Source: Verrucomicrobiia bacterium
Lineage (GTDB): Bacteria > Verrucomicrobiota > Verrucomicrobiia > Limisphaerales > UBA1319
DNA length: 64,000 nucleotides
Reading direction: 5' to 3'
NCBI GenBank assembly: GCA_963664225.1
Contig: OY760937.1
Coordinates: forward strand, 3,776,001 to 3,840,000
Shown here: one piece after another, positions 29,721-38,663 of the stretch
Position numbering within the stretch: the first letter of the stretch is position 1
Layout of the letters: each line of letters opens with the position of its first letter
Notes under the pieces: model-generated
The model's database searches: none
Told to the model about the DNA's origin: nothing
What the model saw: the letters and a program-made list of their open reading frames with translations, nothing else
Position numbers and translations under genes: made by a program

Positions 29721-29945
29721 GGGAGTATCCTTAATTTGTAAACGAAGCCGGTTTAGGTTACGAGAATGAAACCATCAAAGAAGCCGACCGCGATAGAACA
29801 GCCTAGGCCCAATGGGCCGACCTTTCGGTCAGCAATCAGATACCAATTGAACCCCTTACCCTTGGAGGCGAGGTACCCGAGGATAACCAAAAATATGGCG
29901 TAAGGTATTAGGAGTGCGAAGTTAGTGTCCATGGGAGTATCCTTA
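29522..29945. repeat. 212-bp tandem duplication of the SSS RBS and 5' end; the upstream copy encodes a truncated 59-aa peptide (29753-29932, minus strand)
   Basis: Copies 29522-29733 and 29734-29945 differ at 4 positions; one changes TAC to TAA. Confidence 0.95.
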
Positions 29946-29953
29946 GAGTGCTA

Positions 29954-32900
29954 TCAAACGTACTTAAGGCGATCGGCGATTTCGGCCATGTTGTAGGGGC
30001 GCTTGTCGGGGTTGTTATCGAGACATTGCTCGATGAGGTTCTTCATCGGGTTGCTGGTGACGTACTTGATGAGGTCGGGATCCGGTTTGCCTTCGAGCAT
30101 GAAGAGGCAGAGCTTTCCAAAGGAGAAGATGTCAGCGGCAGGAGCGGCCTGGACGCCAGCAACTTGCTCTGGGGATGAGTAATGGGGGGTGTGGGCACCC
30201 TGGAGGGTTACTGCGGTGATGGGGCGGCCAAGGTATTTAGAGATTCCGAAATCGCCGATTTTCCACACTTTGTTCACTCGGAGTATGTTCTGAGGTTTGA
30301 GGTCACGGTGAACGATTTGGGCTTCGTGGATGCTTTGAAGGGTCTTGGCGAGGCCAATGGTGATGGCTTTGGTCTCGAGGATGTCGAGTTTGCCGGAGGC
30401 TTGCTTAGTGACGAAGTCGTGGAGGTTTCCGCCATCAGCGTACTCCAAGACGAGGTACTGCTTGTCGCCCTCGCGGACGAAATCACAGACGGCCAGGACA
30501 TTGTCCTTGTAAGCCAGTTTCTGGAGGATTTCCAGCTCACGCCGAAACTGGGCTTCGAGCTGTGGGCTGCCGGTGGAAACGAGCACCTTGACGGCGTAAG
30601 TCTTGCCGTCTTCGAGGCTCACTGCCCGGTAAACGGTGCCGGATGCGCCATCACCGAGCTTTTCTTCGAGACGGTACTTGCCGTCGAATGATTGGACAGC
30701 AGGCTTGGGTACCGGTTTGGCCGCGACGGCCTTGTCTCCGGCCTTCTCGTAGAAAGGGGTGATTCTCGCCTGGATGTAAGGTTCGAAGTGGTTGCTGCGT
30801 ACCAGGGCGGTGTGTGGGGCCTGGTTGAGGATCATCTGGCGGGCGATGTCGCGCTCCGATTTGTCCACCAGGCCGAGGTTCTCGGACATTACTTTGGCGT
30901 CCTCGCCTTCGAGTTGGAGGGCGATCTTAGTCCCGACCATGTCGAAGACCACTCGGTCGAAGTCCTTGACGCTTTGGGAGGCGAGAAGAATGCCGACGCC
31001 GTATTTACGTGCTTCCCGGATGAGCTCCGTGAGCGTCTCTTCGTAAGAAAGCTTGTGGGCTTCGTCCACAACGGCGAAAACGCGCATGGCCTGCGTGGGA
31101 CCTTTGGCGAGCATGTCAGCGTAGATCTTCTGGAGGACGAAGCGGCTGACTGCGACCATTAGCTCGGGCGTGGCCAAGTTAGAAAGGCGTAGAACGTGGG
31201 TCTCTTTCAGTATCGCTTCGAATCCATGGGGATCGGGGCCATCGAGGAAGATGCCGGTTTCAAAAAGGGGCTGAACACGGAGGTTGAGATTGCGGACATT
31301 ACCGCCGACTGTGGCCTCCATCTGCTTGAGGATGTTCCATACTGACGAGAAGCTCGGAGGCGGCAGTTGCCAGGTTTCCGGCTTGTTGGGTGCGAAGCCG
31401 GCGACGGCGAACGCCTGGCTGATGGCATCGCGTAGAATGGCGTGCTGAATGTCGCCGAGCCCGAAGATCTTTGCGAGGCTATTGGCAACCTGGTAAACAA
31501 CCTTTAGGTAGGTCTGCTTCTTGCCAGTGTGCGGGTCAACGGGGAGTTCAAGCGGATTAACGTGGATGCCGTTGGCGGCGTCGAGTTCTTTGGCGTTGGC
31601 GCAATCGAGGAAGGACTTTCCGTCGGCGTTTGCAAGCTTGCCGGAAATGTACTCGCCTTGGAAGTCGAAGATGATGGAAGGCACTTTGGCCTTGGCGAGC
31701 TCCCAGAGAAAAGAGCTGGTGGTCTGGGTTTTGCCGGCGCCGCTCTTGCCAACGATTAAGATGTGCTGATTCGTAAGCTTCTTGGGTGCTATGGCTGTGG
31801 GATCCCAGAAGATGGGCTTGCCGGTTTCCGAGTTGATGCCGATGCGCAGGCGGAGTTGGCCCGATTCCGGCGGCGGTTGCGGCGTAGTCCTAGACTTGGC
31901 TTCCGGCTTTAGTGGGGTCGGGTACACAAATGGCGAAGGGGCCGGTTCGGCGATTTGAGCGGGCGGCTCATTCTTCGACGACTCCGCAATGGTGCCCAGG
32001 ATTGTCGCTTTGTGTGGCGGGTACGACGCATGCGAACTTGGGGGTGTCGCCGGAGTCGTCGGCGATGGTGGCGTGACGGGTACAACGGCATTCGGAGCCG
32101 GGAGTGTTTCTGCTTGCGTTGGAGGTGGCTCCGTTGGATCTTCCTCAATGCCCAGTAGGGTTAGGATGCGTTCCCGGCCAATGATGAAGATTTGGTTGCC
32201 CTTGTAGTCTTCAGGCTGCTTGCTGACACCCGCAGTGTGAAAGATGTAACCGGCGTTCTCAAACTCAACGTCAAAGTTGCCCTCCTCAACTTGGCGGATG
32301 GCCTGAGATATGGCGCTGGCTCCTTTGGGGGATGGCTCCATGAGGCCATGGCGTCGGCTACGCTCGAAGTAGAAACGGAGGAGGTTGGCGAGTTCTTTGT
32401 TCTGCAGCTCGCGGTCGAGCCGGTCGCCGACGGGTTTGGGGACGAAGCGAGCCTCGAAGACCTTGCGAGTGTCCGCATTCTTCTGGGCGATCGCGTCCCT
32501 TAGCAACTGATCCTCGCTGGGGGCATCGCTACCGGTGCGGTATTTGACTTCGATCAGGCGCAGAACGAGCTTGCCGTTCTTGACGAAGGCGTAGATGAGG
32601 TCGCTACGCTTGATGCGGATGTCAGCTTCGTCCGACTCGCGTTTGTGATCGGCGAATAGATCAATGTGGGAATCCACCGGGATAAGGATGCCGGTCTTGA
32701 GGTCTCCCCCCTCTTGGAGAAGCAGCCGGGTGAGGGCGAGGCCAATGATTTCCTTGGCGTCCTTGGGATTGTTGATGAGTTTTAGCGCCAGCCGGCCGGA
32801 GATGGATTTCAGGACGTCGAGAATCTGCGAGGCTTGGAAGCCGGTGCCAGGGATCCCCATTTTCTTGAGGCCATCAGAAATGATGCCTTCGATTTCCGAA

Positions 32901-35900
32901 AGCCAGAAAGTGGAAATGATGAGGCGATGGCCGAGGCCGTCGAGGAACTCCGGGGTGTAATCAATGAGGTAGCTGCGGACGGCGCCACCGCCGGCGCGCG
33001 GGTTGTCGAAGTATTCAATCCCGAAGTTGCGGTCAATGGTGAAGACCCAGTCCGAGTGCTCGTGGATGTGGTTGATGAGGTGTTTATCGGTGTCGGAGAG
33101 CTCCAACTGGATGGCGGGCACCTTGTCGAGGGAGTTGCCCCAGTCGAAGAAGGAGGCTGAGAGTCGAGTGAGACCGTCAATGGACTGGAAGAGGGCTCGG
33201 GCGCAGGATGCGCCAGGTTGCAGTTCCGGGTTCTGGTTCGGGATTACTTTTCGGGACCATGTGGCGGAGTCGCCTTTGACATCGAAATCGGCGCGGTACT
33301 CTGCGAGCAGGTTATGGAGGCAGAAGCTGCCCGGGGGCGGCTGGCTTTGGCGAGTGAGAACCTTCGTGGAGAATCGGTCTATAAGGATGGTGATGTGCGC
33401 CTCGCGAAACTCGGTGCTGTGCCAGTCGCCTTCGGTTAGTTTGCGTTTAGAAAAGGTCAGTTTCGGGAACAGGGGGTTCTTATTCGGTTTGAGGAGTTCT
33501 TCGTCCACGTCCGGTTGTGCGCCTTCGGACAGAGTTGTTCCCTCTGTAACTTCGTCGAAGGCGCTGCCCATGATCTCGTAGCGTTGGTCGGCGTAGAAGG
33601 CGACATCGTAATTAAGGTCTTTGAAGTCGTCGCCCCTTTGGATCAGGCGAATGGCGTTGAGGACGAGAAGGCCGTCGCCGGGGTTGATGACGTTGATGCG
33701 CAGCGTTGAAACGTACGGATGATGCTTGAGATAGCGCCAGACGCGATCAGCGATGTGGGGCGCGGTGATGACGGTAATGTCGCCGGCGTTGAGCCTGAAG
33801 CCGAGGAGGCGCTGCAACATGCTAACGGCTTTACGGACATCGGGCGTCTTGCCGTTGGGCAGAATGCTCCAGTAAAGGTCGAGGTTGTCAGAGTTGACGT
33901 AGATGTCGTCGTTCTGGAACGCGAGGACGGAGGGAATGTTCAGGGAGTTGATGCGTTGGTGCGCCTCGCGGCTGACCATGGCGACGGCGTCCTTTTCGGA
34001 TACTCCATTGAGCCGATCGGCCCAGGAGTAGAGCAGTTGCTGGTATTGGAGCAGCCAGAGCAGCTTGATGGGGTGGGTCGGAGCGAGGAGGAGGAGCTGG
34101 TCCACGCCTTCGGAGTCGCCGACCTTCAGGTGGATGGTATCAAGGCGACTAAGTTTGTGGGAAGCACTGAGAATATTGTTGACCTGACCGTCGCCTTTGG
34201 CGACTTTGAGCTTGGTCTGGACCTCGGCTAAGACCTCAATAAACGCGTTGGCATAGGCCATGATTTCGGGAGTGAAGTCGCGGAGATCGAAAATCTCGAC
34301 AACGCCATTTCCGGGGTCTTTCTCTTCTAATCTCTCGAAGAGAGCGACGCGGGTTTGGAGGAACTGGGAGAAGGTGGCGAGATCGGAGACGGCGAGCGGG
34401 AAAGGCTTGAGATCATTAAGTTCCATCGCGCCGCGATTGGTGAGATCGCCCTGCCAAGCACCCAGGTTTTTCGGGTCGGAAATGGTCCATCGTTCGATAG
34501 CATGGAGGAGTGGGTTGATGATGAGGTGGTAGCGGTCCCGGCTCTTGAGTTTGAGACGGTAGAGGAATGGTCGGTGCCCTTCCTCCCAGCCTTCGCTGTC
34601 CACTTCTATCTTAGTGCGGGAGCGGCAGGCGCCGAGGAAAAATGCCTCGGCGCGGTTGCGGATGATGTCCATCTTTTTGGAGCCGCTCGGTTTCTCCTCT
34701 TCGCCGCCTTCGATCCAGAAGGGCTCGCTCCCGTCAGCATCGAGCATGATACCGGAGCGGTCGCGGGCCTGGACGATGATTTTCGCGGCGCAAGCTTCGC
34801 CGTCGGCCAGCTCGATGTCTTTAAGACTGATTTTGGAGCGGGTTTCGGTCTTCTTGTTGTTCTTGATGGTCTTCTTGAGCAGCTCGGCGCCCAATTCCTC
34901 GTCGTCGGTATCCCGCACGATTAGGACGACGAAGTGGCCGAGGGCCGGAGAGTTAGTCGGGTAGGTTCTCCACTTAATCTTGATGGGGGCCTTGGTGTTG
35001 GCGATGAGGTTGCCGCCACGGTCTTCGAAGCCTTCGGCGACTCTGTTGGTTTTTGGGTCTCGCAGGGGGTCAAAGTGGACCTCGACCTTTCCTTCGCTGG
35101 GGGTATCAACAAACTTCCACTTGTCAAAGTTCAGATCGGAGCATACGACCTGGTCGGCGAGAATGCCATGGAGCCATGCCTGGCTGTCCGCGATATTGCG
35201 TGAGCGGAGGTAGGCGACGAGATTCTCGCGGAGATTGTTGGCCTGGGGATCCAATTGAATGGTTTGGGCCAATTCTACCAAAGCTGACAGGGTGCTCTGG
35301 CTTTCATTGGTCAGCTCTCCAACGCACCTGGAGTTGCGGTCGAGGCGGGTCTGGAAGTTGTCCTGCTTTAGGTCGAGATCGGGAATGAGACCGAGATGGA
35401 ACAGGTAGGCGCCGGCTTCGTACCAATTGGCGGCATCGTTCTTGAGTGCGAGGAGGTACTTGATTTGTTGGTCCACCGGCAGGCGGCGGATTGCGGGTTG
35501 GCTGAGGACGGTGGTGGCTACCTCCTGGCCGGGGGCCGGAAGTGCGTTGAGCATTGCGCGGACGTGAGCACGAAGAACGTTGCCAAGGTCGTAGGTTTTG
35601 AAAGTTTGGATGTCGTAGGAGTCTTCCGCGGGGAGGCGTAGGCCCTGGGGAATAAACGCGACCAGGACGCCAAAGTGCTCGCGATTACGCTTTTCGATTA
35701 GGGCACCGCTCTCAATTTCGAGTTCATTGGTGGTCTGGGTGGCGAGAACGTAACCTTCGACCTGGCGCTTTTGGAGGTTGGAATCTTTGGAGATGCGCTC
35801 GCAAACGATTGACATGACTTCGACGGGCAGGAATTCTACTCGCTGGCAATGGTTGTTTTGCTTTTCGAGGAGGAAGTCGCGCAGGTGTACAAAGACGGCT

Positions 35901-35944
35901 TCTGCCATTTCCTGGTGTAACAATTCGCGGGTGACTTCGAACAT
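29954..35944 (-). CDS. MAD8/DptH-like protein: large N-terminal region + PD-(D/E)xK nuclease + HerA/FtsK-like ATPase + C-terminal Hanks Ser/Thr kinase
   Basis: RSDLIY...LIEVKYR; Pro-rich linker; HILIVGKSGAGKT, VVDEAH, REARKYG..LASQ; LGDGASGTVY, AVK, HRDLKPQN, DFG, SPEQ. Confidence 0.85.
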   Translation of the reverse strand: MFEVTRELLHQEMAEAVFVHLRDFLLEKQNNHCQRVEFLPVEVMSIVCERISKDSNLQKRQVEGYVLATQTTNELEIESGALIEKRNREHFGVLVAFIPQGLRLPAEDSYDIQTFKTYDLGNVLRAHVRAMLNALPAPGQEVATTVLSQPAIRRLPVDQQIKYLLALKNDAANWYEAGAYLFHLGLIPDLDLKQDNFQTRLDRNSRCVGELTNESQSTLSALVELAQTIQLDPQANNLRENLVAYLRSRNIADSQAWLHGILADQVVCSDLNFDKWKFVDTPSEGKVEVHFDPLRDPKTNRVAEGFEDRGGNLIANTKAPIKIKWRTYPTNSPALGHFVVLIVRDTDDEELGAELLKKTIKNNKKTETRSKISLKDIELADGEACAAKIIVQARDRSGIMLDADGSEPFWIEGGEEEKPSGSKKMDIIRNRAEAFFLGACRSRTKIEVDSEGWEEGHRPFLYRLKLKSRDRYHLIINPLLHAIERWTISDPKNLGAWQGDLTNRGAMELNDLKPFPLAVSDLATFSQFLQTRVALFERLEEKDPGNGVVEIFDLRDFTPEIMAYANAFIEVLAEVQTKLKVAKGDGQVNNILSASHKLSRLDTIHLKVGDSEGVDQLLLLAPTHPIKLLWLLQYQQLLYSWADRLNGVSEKDAVAMVSREAHQRINSLNIPSVLAFQNDDIYVNSDNLDLYWSILPNGKTPDVRKAVSMLQRLLGFRLNAGDITVITAPHIADRVWRYLKHHPYVSTLRINVINPGDGLLVLNAIRLIQRGDDFKDLNYDVAFYADQRYEIMGSAFDEVTEGTTLSEGAQPDVDEELLKPNKNPLFPKLTFSKRKLTEGDWHSTEFREAHITILIDRFSTKVLTRQSQPPPGSFCLHNLLAEYRADFDVKGDSATWSRKVIPNQNPELQPGASCARALFQSIDGLTRLSASFFDWGNSLDKVPAIQLELSDTDKHLINHIHEHSDWVFTIDRNFGIEYFDNPRAGGGAVRSYLIDYTPEFLDGLGHRLIISTFWLSEIEGIISDGLKKMGIPGTGFQASQILDVLKSISGRLALKLINNPKDAKEIIGLALTRLLLQEGGDLKTGILIPVDSHIDLFADHKRESDEADIRIKRSDLIYAFVKNGKLVLRLIEVKYRTGSDAPSEDQLLRDAIAQKNADTRKVFEARFVPKPVGDRLDRELQNKELANLLRFYFERSRRHGLMEPSPKGASAISQAIRQVEEGNFDVEFENAGYIFHTAGVSKQPEDYKGNQIFIIGRERILTLLGIEEDPTEPPPTQAETLPAPNAVVPVTPPSPTTPATPPSSHASYPPHKATILGTIAESSKNEPPAQIAEPAPSPFVYPTPLKPEAKSRTTPQPPPESGQLRLRIGINSETGKPIFWDPTAIAPKKLTNQHILIVGKSGAGKTQTTSSFLWELAKAKVPSIIFDFQGEYISGKLANADGKSFLDCANAKELDAANGIHVNPLELPVDPHTGKKQTYLKVVYQVANSLAKIFGLGDIQHAILRDAISQAFAVAGFAPNKPETWQLPPPSFSSVWNILKQMEATVGGNVRNLNLRVQPLFETGIFLDGPDPHGFEAILKETHVLRLSNLATPELMVAVSRFVLQKIYADMLAKGPTQAMRVFAVVDEAHKLSYEETLTELIREARKYGVGILLASQSVKDFDRVVFDMVGTKIALQLEGEDAKVMSENLGLVDKSERDIARQMILNQAPHTALVRSNHFEPYIQARITPFYEKAGDKAVAAKPVPKPAVQSFDGKYRLEEKLGDGASGTVYRAVSLEDGKTYAVKVLVSTGSPQLEAQFRRELEILQKLAYKDNVLAVCDFVREGDKQYLVLEYADGGNLHDFVTKQASGKLDILETKAITIGLAKTLQSIHEAQIVHRDLKPQNILRVNKVWKIGDFGISKYLGRPITAVTLQGAHTPHYSSPEQVAGVQAAPAADIFSFGKLCLFMLEGKPDPDLIKYVTSNPMKNLIEQCLDNNPDKRPYNMAEIADRLKYV

Positions 35945-35948
35945 ATAT

Positions 35949-38660
35949 TTATCCGAGTGCTTTCTCCACAGCCGTCAAAACAAGACCTTCCCCAAGCTCT
36001 TCGTGTTGCCTGATCAGCGCTTGGCAAGCCACGAGTTTGTCTAGGGCGTGGTTTAGCTCTTCTAGCAGCTTTTCGCCTGGTCTTGCTACCTTCATCGTTT
36101 TGACCTCTTCTGGATGTAGGTGCTCGACGACGGAGCCATAAGTCTTCATGTTGAAGAAATCGTCTCCGAATTTAGAACGTAGAAAAAAGTAAATGTATCC
36201 CCGATATTTTGGGTCTCGCGGTGCAACGCGGAGCATGTCACCTCGCACCACAGTTCCATGCATGTCTTTCGTAACGAGTGTCACGTGGCCGACCGTTCCA
36301 GAGCCGCTGAGGAGTATCCACCCTGAAGAGACCTGCAGTTTGGCGAGTCGTGGGTCAGCCACGAGTGAAACGTAACGCCTTCGAGGGTTACGCTTCTGCA
36401 TATCGGAAGGGGTCAAAAACGGCTTGGTGACCGCATCCTTAGGATCGTCTGAGAGGACAAATAAGGGACTCTGGAGGTACACCGTAAAAACGTCTGCAAT
36501 CTCTTTTAGTTCTATTGTGTTTTTTGTGGCGCGTTCGAGTCGAATATAATGCTCATTGCTGACATATGATTCGGCATTGAGTCGAAAGCCAGCGACTCTT
36601 ACAAGGCTTGGGGTGACTGTCATTGCGCTGCAACGGTAAGGGATGTCCGTTATTGGGCTTTGACAATGCAGCGGGATAGGCGCCGGCTGCCGGCCGTTTT
36701 CCGACCATCCTCTGAACAGAGAGGCGCACGCCCAAAGATCGTCGTCCAGGACTTTTCCTGTACTCTCGACTGTGGGTGAGCAATTGAGTAGGGTCTGTTG
36801 GGCAGCAGGGATGTATGCGTCGCGTTTGTTGATTTCGACGCCCCTATCGTCACGAATGTAAACTAGAGCTCCTCGCCTGTTTTTTCCGATGCTCCGGGAA
36901 GAACACATGAAAATGTTGTAGTCGCTCGGCTTGCCAAAACTCCGAGCGAGTTTCTCTTGTTCTGAAAGGCGCCGCAGAATGAGAACGCTTGTTTGGGTTC
37001 CGGTTCGAGGAAGGAAGGTCTCGACTGGAAGTTGTATGCTCGCGATTATTTCGCATTGGGATAAAATCCACGCGCGGAGGTATTCGTTTTCGGGTGTTCC
37101 GAGAAGGCCATTCGGGACAACCATTCCTAGTCGCCCGGTGCCCGGCTTGAGGAACTGAATGCAGCGCTCGATGAAGAGAACTTCTGGGGGCATGGCGGTT
37201 TTGAGTTTTCCGGTCATTGTCCAGCGCTTGTCCGACGACTCCCAAGAATGCGCCACGTCGTATTGTTCGAGAACCTCTTCACCTTCGACCTTGATCGAGG
37301 TTCCGAAGGGCGGATTGGCCATAACAAAATCCATGGTCCCAAGTTCAAGGATGTCCTGCGCTTCCTTGGAAGCCCAGTGGGTTGGTTTCCAGAGGGCGTT
37401 GAGGGCGAAGAGGCCTCCGCGACCGTCATTGTTCATGACCATGTTCATCTGGGCGGTTTTGACGAGGTTGGCATTGAAGTCCGCACCAAAGATGAACTTG
37501 CTGGTTTCATGGATTTCCGCGAACAACGCGCGTTCTTCCTGCAGGGTTGGTTTTTCTTTGGCCTTCCAGGTTCTGCTTGCGGTTTGGCGGAGTTTTTCCG
37601 AGACGTAGTTGAAGGCCACAACTAGGAACCCGCCAGTGCCGCAGGCTGGATCGAAAATGCGTTTGCCTGGCCCTGGGTCGAGCATCTTTACGACCATTTT
37701 CACCACGTTCCTGGGCGTGAAAAACTCACCTTTGGCGCCTTCGAGTGTGGGGCCGACGATGGTTTCATAGGCGACGCCCTTGACGTCCACGGAGGAGTGA
37801 ATGAAGTCATATTTTTCGAGTTGGGCAACGATGAATGTAACAACCGCGTCGTTGAACAGGATGCCCTGGGTGGTGTCGGTGAAGAGTGGGCGGAACTCCT
37901 TGCGGGCGCAAACCTCGCGGAAGAGCTGCTCGACGCGGTCCTTGACTTCCTTCTGGCCGGGTGAGGCATTACGCTCGTCCGAATTGCGGATCGCAAAGCG
38001 CGGCCGGCCATCGTGCTGCTCATCTTCGATCTTGGCGAAAAGGATTTTGAGGAATTCCCAGAAGATCTGTTCTTTGGAACCGCCCTGGTTGGCGTGAATG
38101 AAATCGTGGCACCGTTTGAAGGCGTTCAGTAGGTTGGTGCCGGTGGCAACGCGAAGCCGGGAGCGGTCGGTTGTGAAAATGGAGGAGGCGTCCTCGCCCT
38201 TGCGGGGGAAGTCGTTGACAGGAAGGATGTCGGTGTCGAACTTAGCTTTCTTCTTCTGAAAGTAAATGGTCTCGACGCCATTGGTCCAGCAGGCGAATTC
38301 GGCGCTGGTGCAAGCAACGAGAGCCTTTTCGAGTTCGCCAGCGCCGCCCTTGTCATCGGTGGGCTGAACACCCGGCTTGGCGATATATATGAGGATGTGG
38401 AGGGAGTCCTGGTCCTGAGCTTTGGCACCGGCGCGGAAGACGGCGAGTGGCAGCGTGCGAGAGACGGAGCGGGAGCCGTCCGGAATTCTGATACGAAAGT
38501 CCGCTGCCACATCGGATTTATCGAAGCGGTATTCTTCGATGAGCGTCCGCTCGAAATTCTGGCGGACTTGCTCCAATTCGTTGTCGAGTCGGGGCTTGCC
38601 ATCAATGAAGTCAATGATCTTGCCTTCCGAGGCCTCGGGTTGGTTGTGATCGTCGGGCAT
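35949..38660 (-). CDS. N6-adenine DNA methyltransferase with HsdR_N-like N-terminus and fused single target-recognition (S) domain (MAD2+MAD5-like / type IIG-like)
   Basis: EQVRQNFERTLIEEY, WTNG, GEFFTPRNVV, DPACGTGGFL, ANPPFG, FRLNAESY, ILLSGSGTVG, YGSVVEHL. Confidence 0.9.
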   Translation of the reverse strand: MPDDHNQPEASEGKIIDFIDGKPRLDNELEQVRQNFERTLIEEYRFDKSDVAADFRIRIPDGSRSVSRTLPLAVFRAGAKAQDQDSLHILIYIAKPGVQPTDDKGGAGELEKALVACTSAEFACWTNGVETIYFQKKKAKFDTDILPVNDFPRKGEDASSIFTTDRSRLRVATGTNLLNAFKRCHDFIHANQGGSKEQIFWEFLKILFAKIEDEQHDGRPRFAIRNSDERNASPGQKEVKDRVEQLFREVCARKEFRPLFTDTTQGILFNDAVVTFIVAQLEKYDFIHSSVDVKGVAYETIVGPTLEGAKGEFFTPRNVVKMVVKMLDPGPGKRIFDPACGTGGFLVVAFNYVSEKLRQTASRTWKAKEKPTLQEERALFAEIHETSKFIFGADFNANLVKTAQMNMVMNNDGRGGLFALNALWKPTHWASKEAQDILELGTMDFVMANPPFGTSIKVEGEEVLEQYDVAHSWESSDKRWTMTGKLKTAMPPEVLFIERCIQFLKPGTGRLGMVVPNGLLGTPENEYLRAWILSQCEIIASIQLPVETFLPRTGTQTSVLILRRLSEQEKLARSFGKPSDYNIFMCSSRSIGKNRRGALVYIRDDRGVEINKRDAYIPAAQQTLLNCSPTVESTGKVLDDDLWACASLFRGWSENGRQPAPIPLHCQSPITDIPYRCSAMTVTPSLVRVAGFRLNAESYVSNEHYIRLERATKNTIELKEIADVFTVYLQSPLFVLSDDPKDAVTKPFLTPSDMQKRNPRRRYVSLVADPRLAKLQVSSGWILLSGSGTVGHVTLVTKDMHGTVVRGDMLRVAPRDPKYRGYIYFFLRSKFGDDFFNMKTYGSVVEHLHPEEVKTMKVARPGEKLLEELNHALDKLVACQALIRQHEELGEGLVLTAVEKALG

Positions 38661-38663
38661 AAG

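Noticed and set aside
29522..29945. Possible DGR template/variable repeat pair
   Set aside because: Mismatches are not adenine-specific on one strand, the repeat is at a gene 5' end, and there is no reverse transcriptase in the window.
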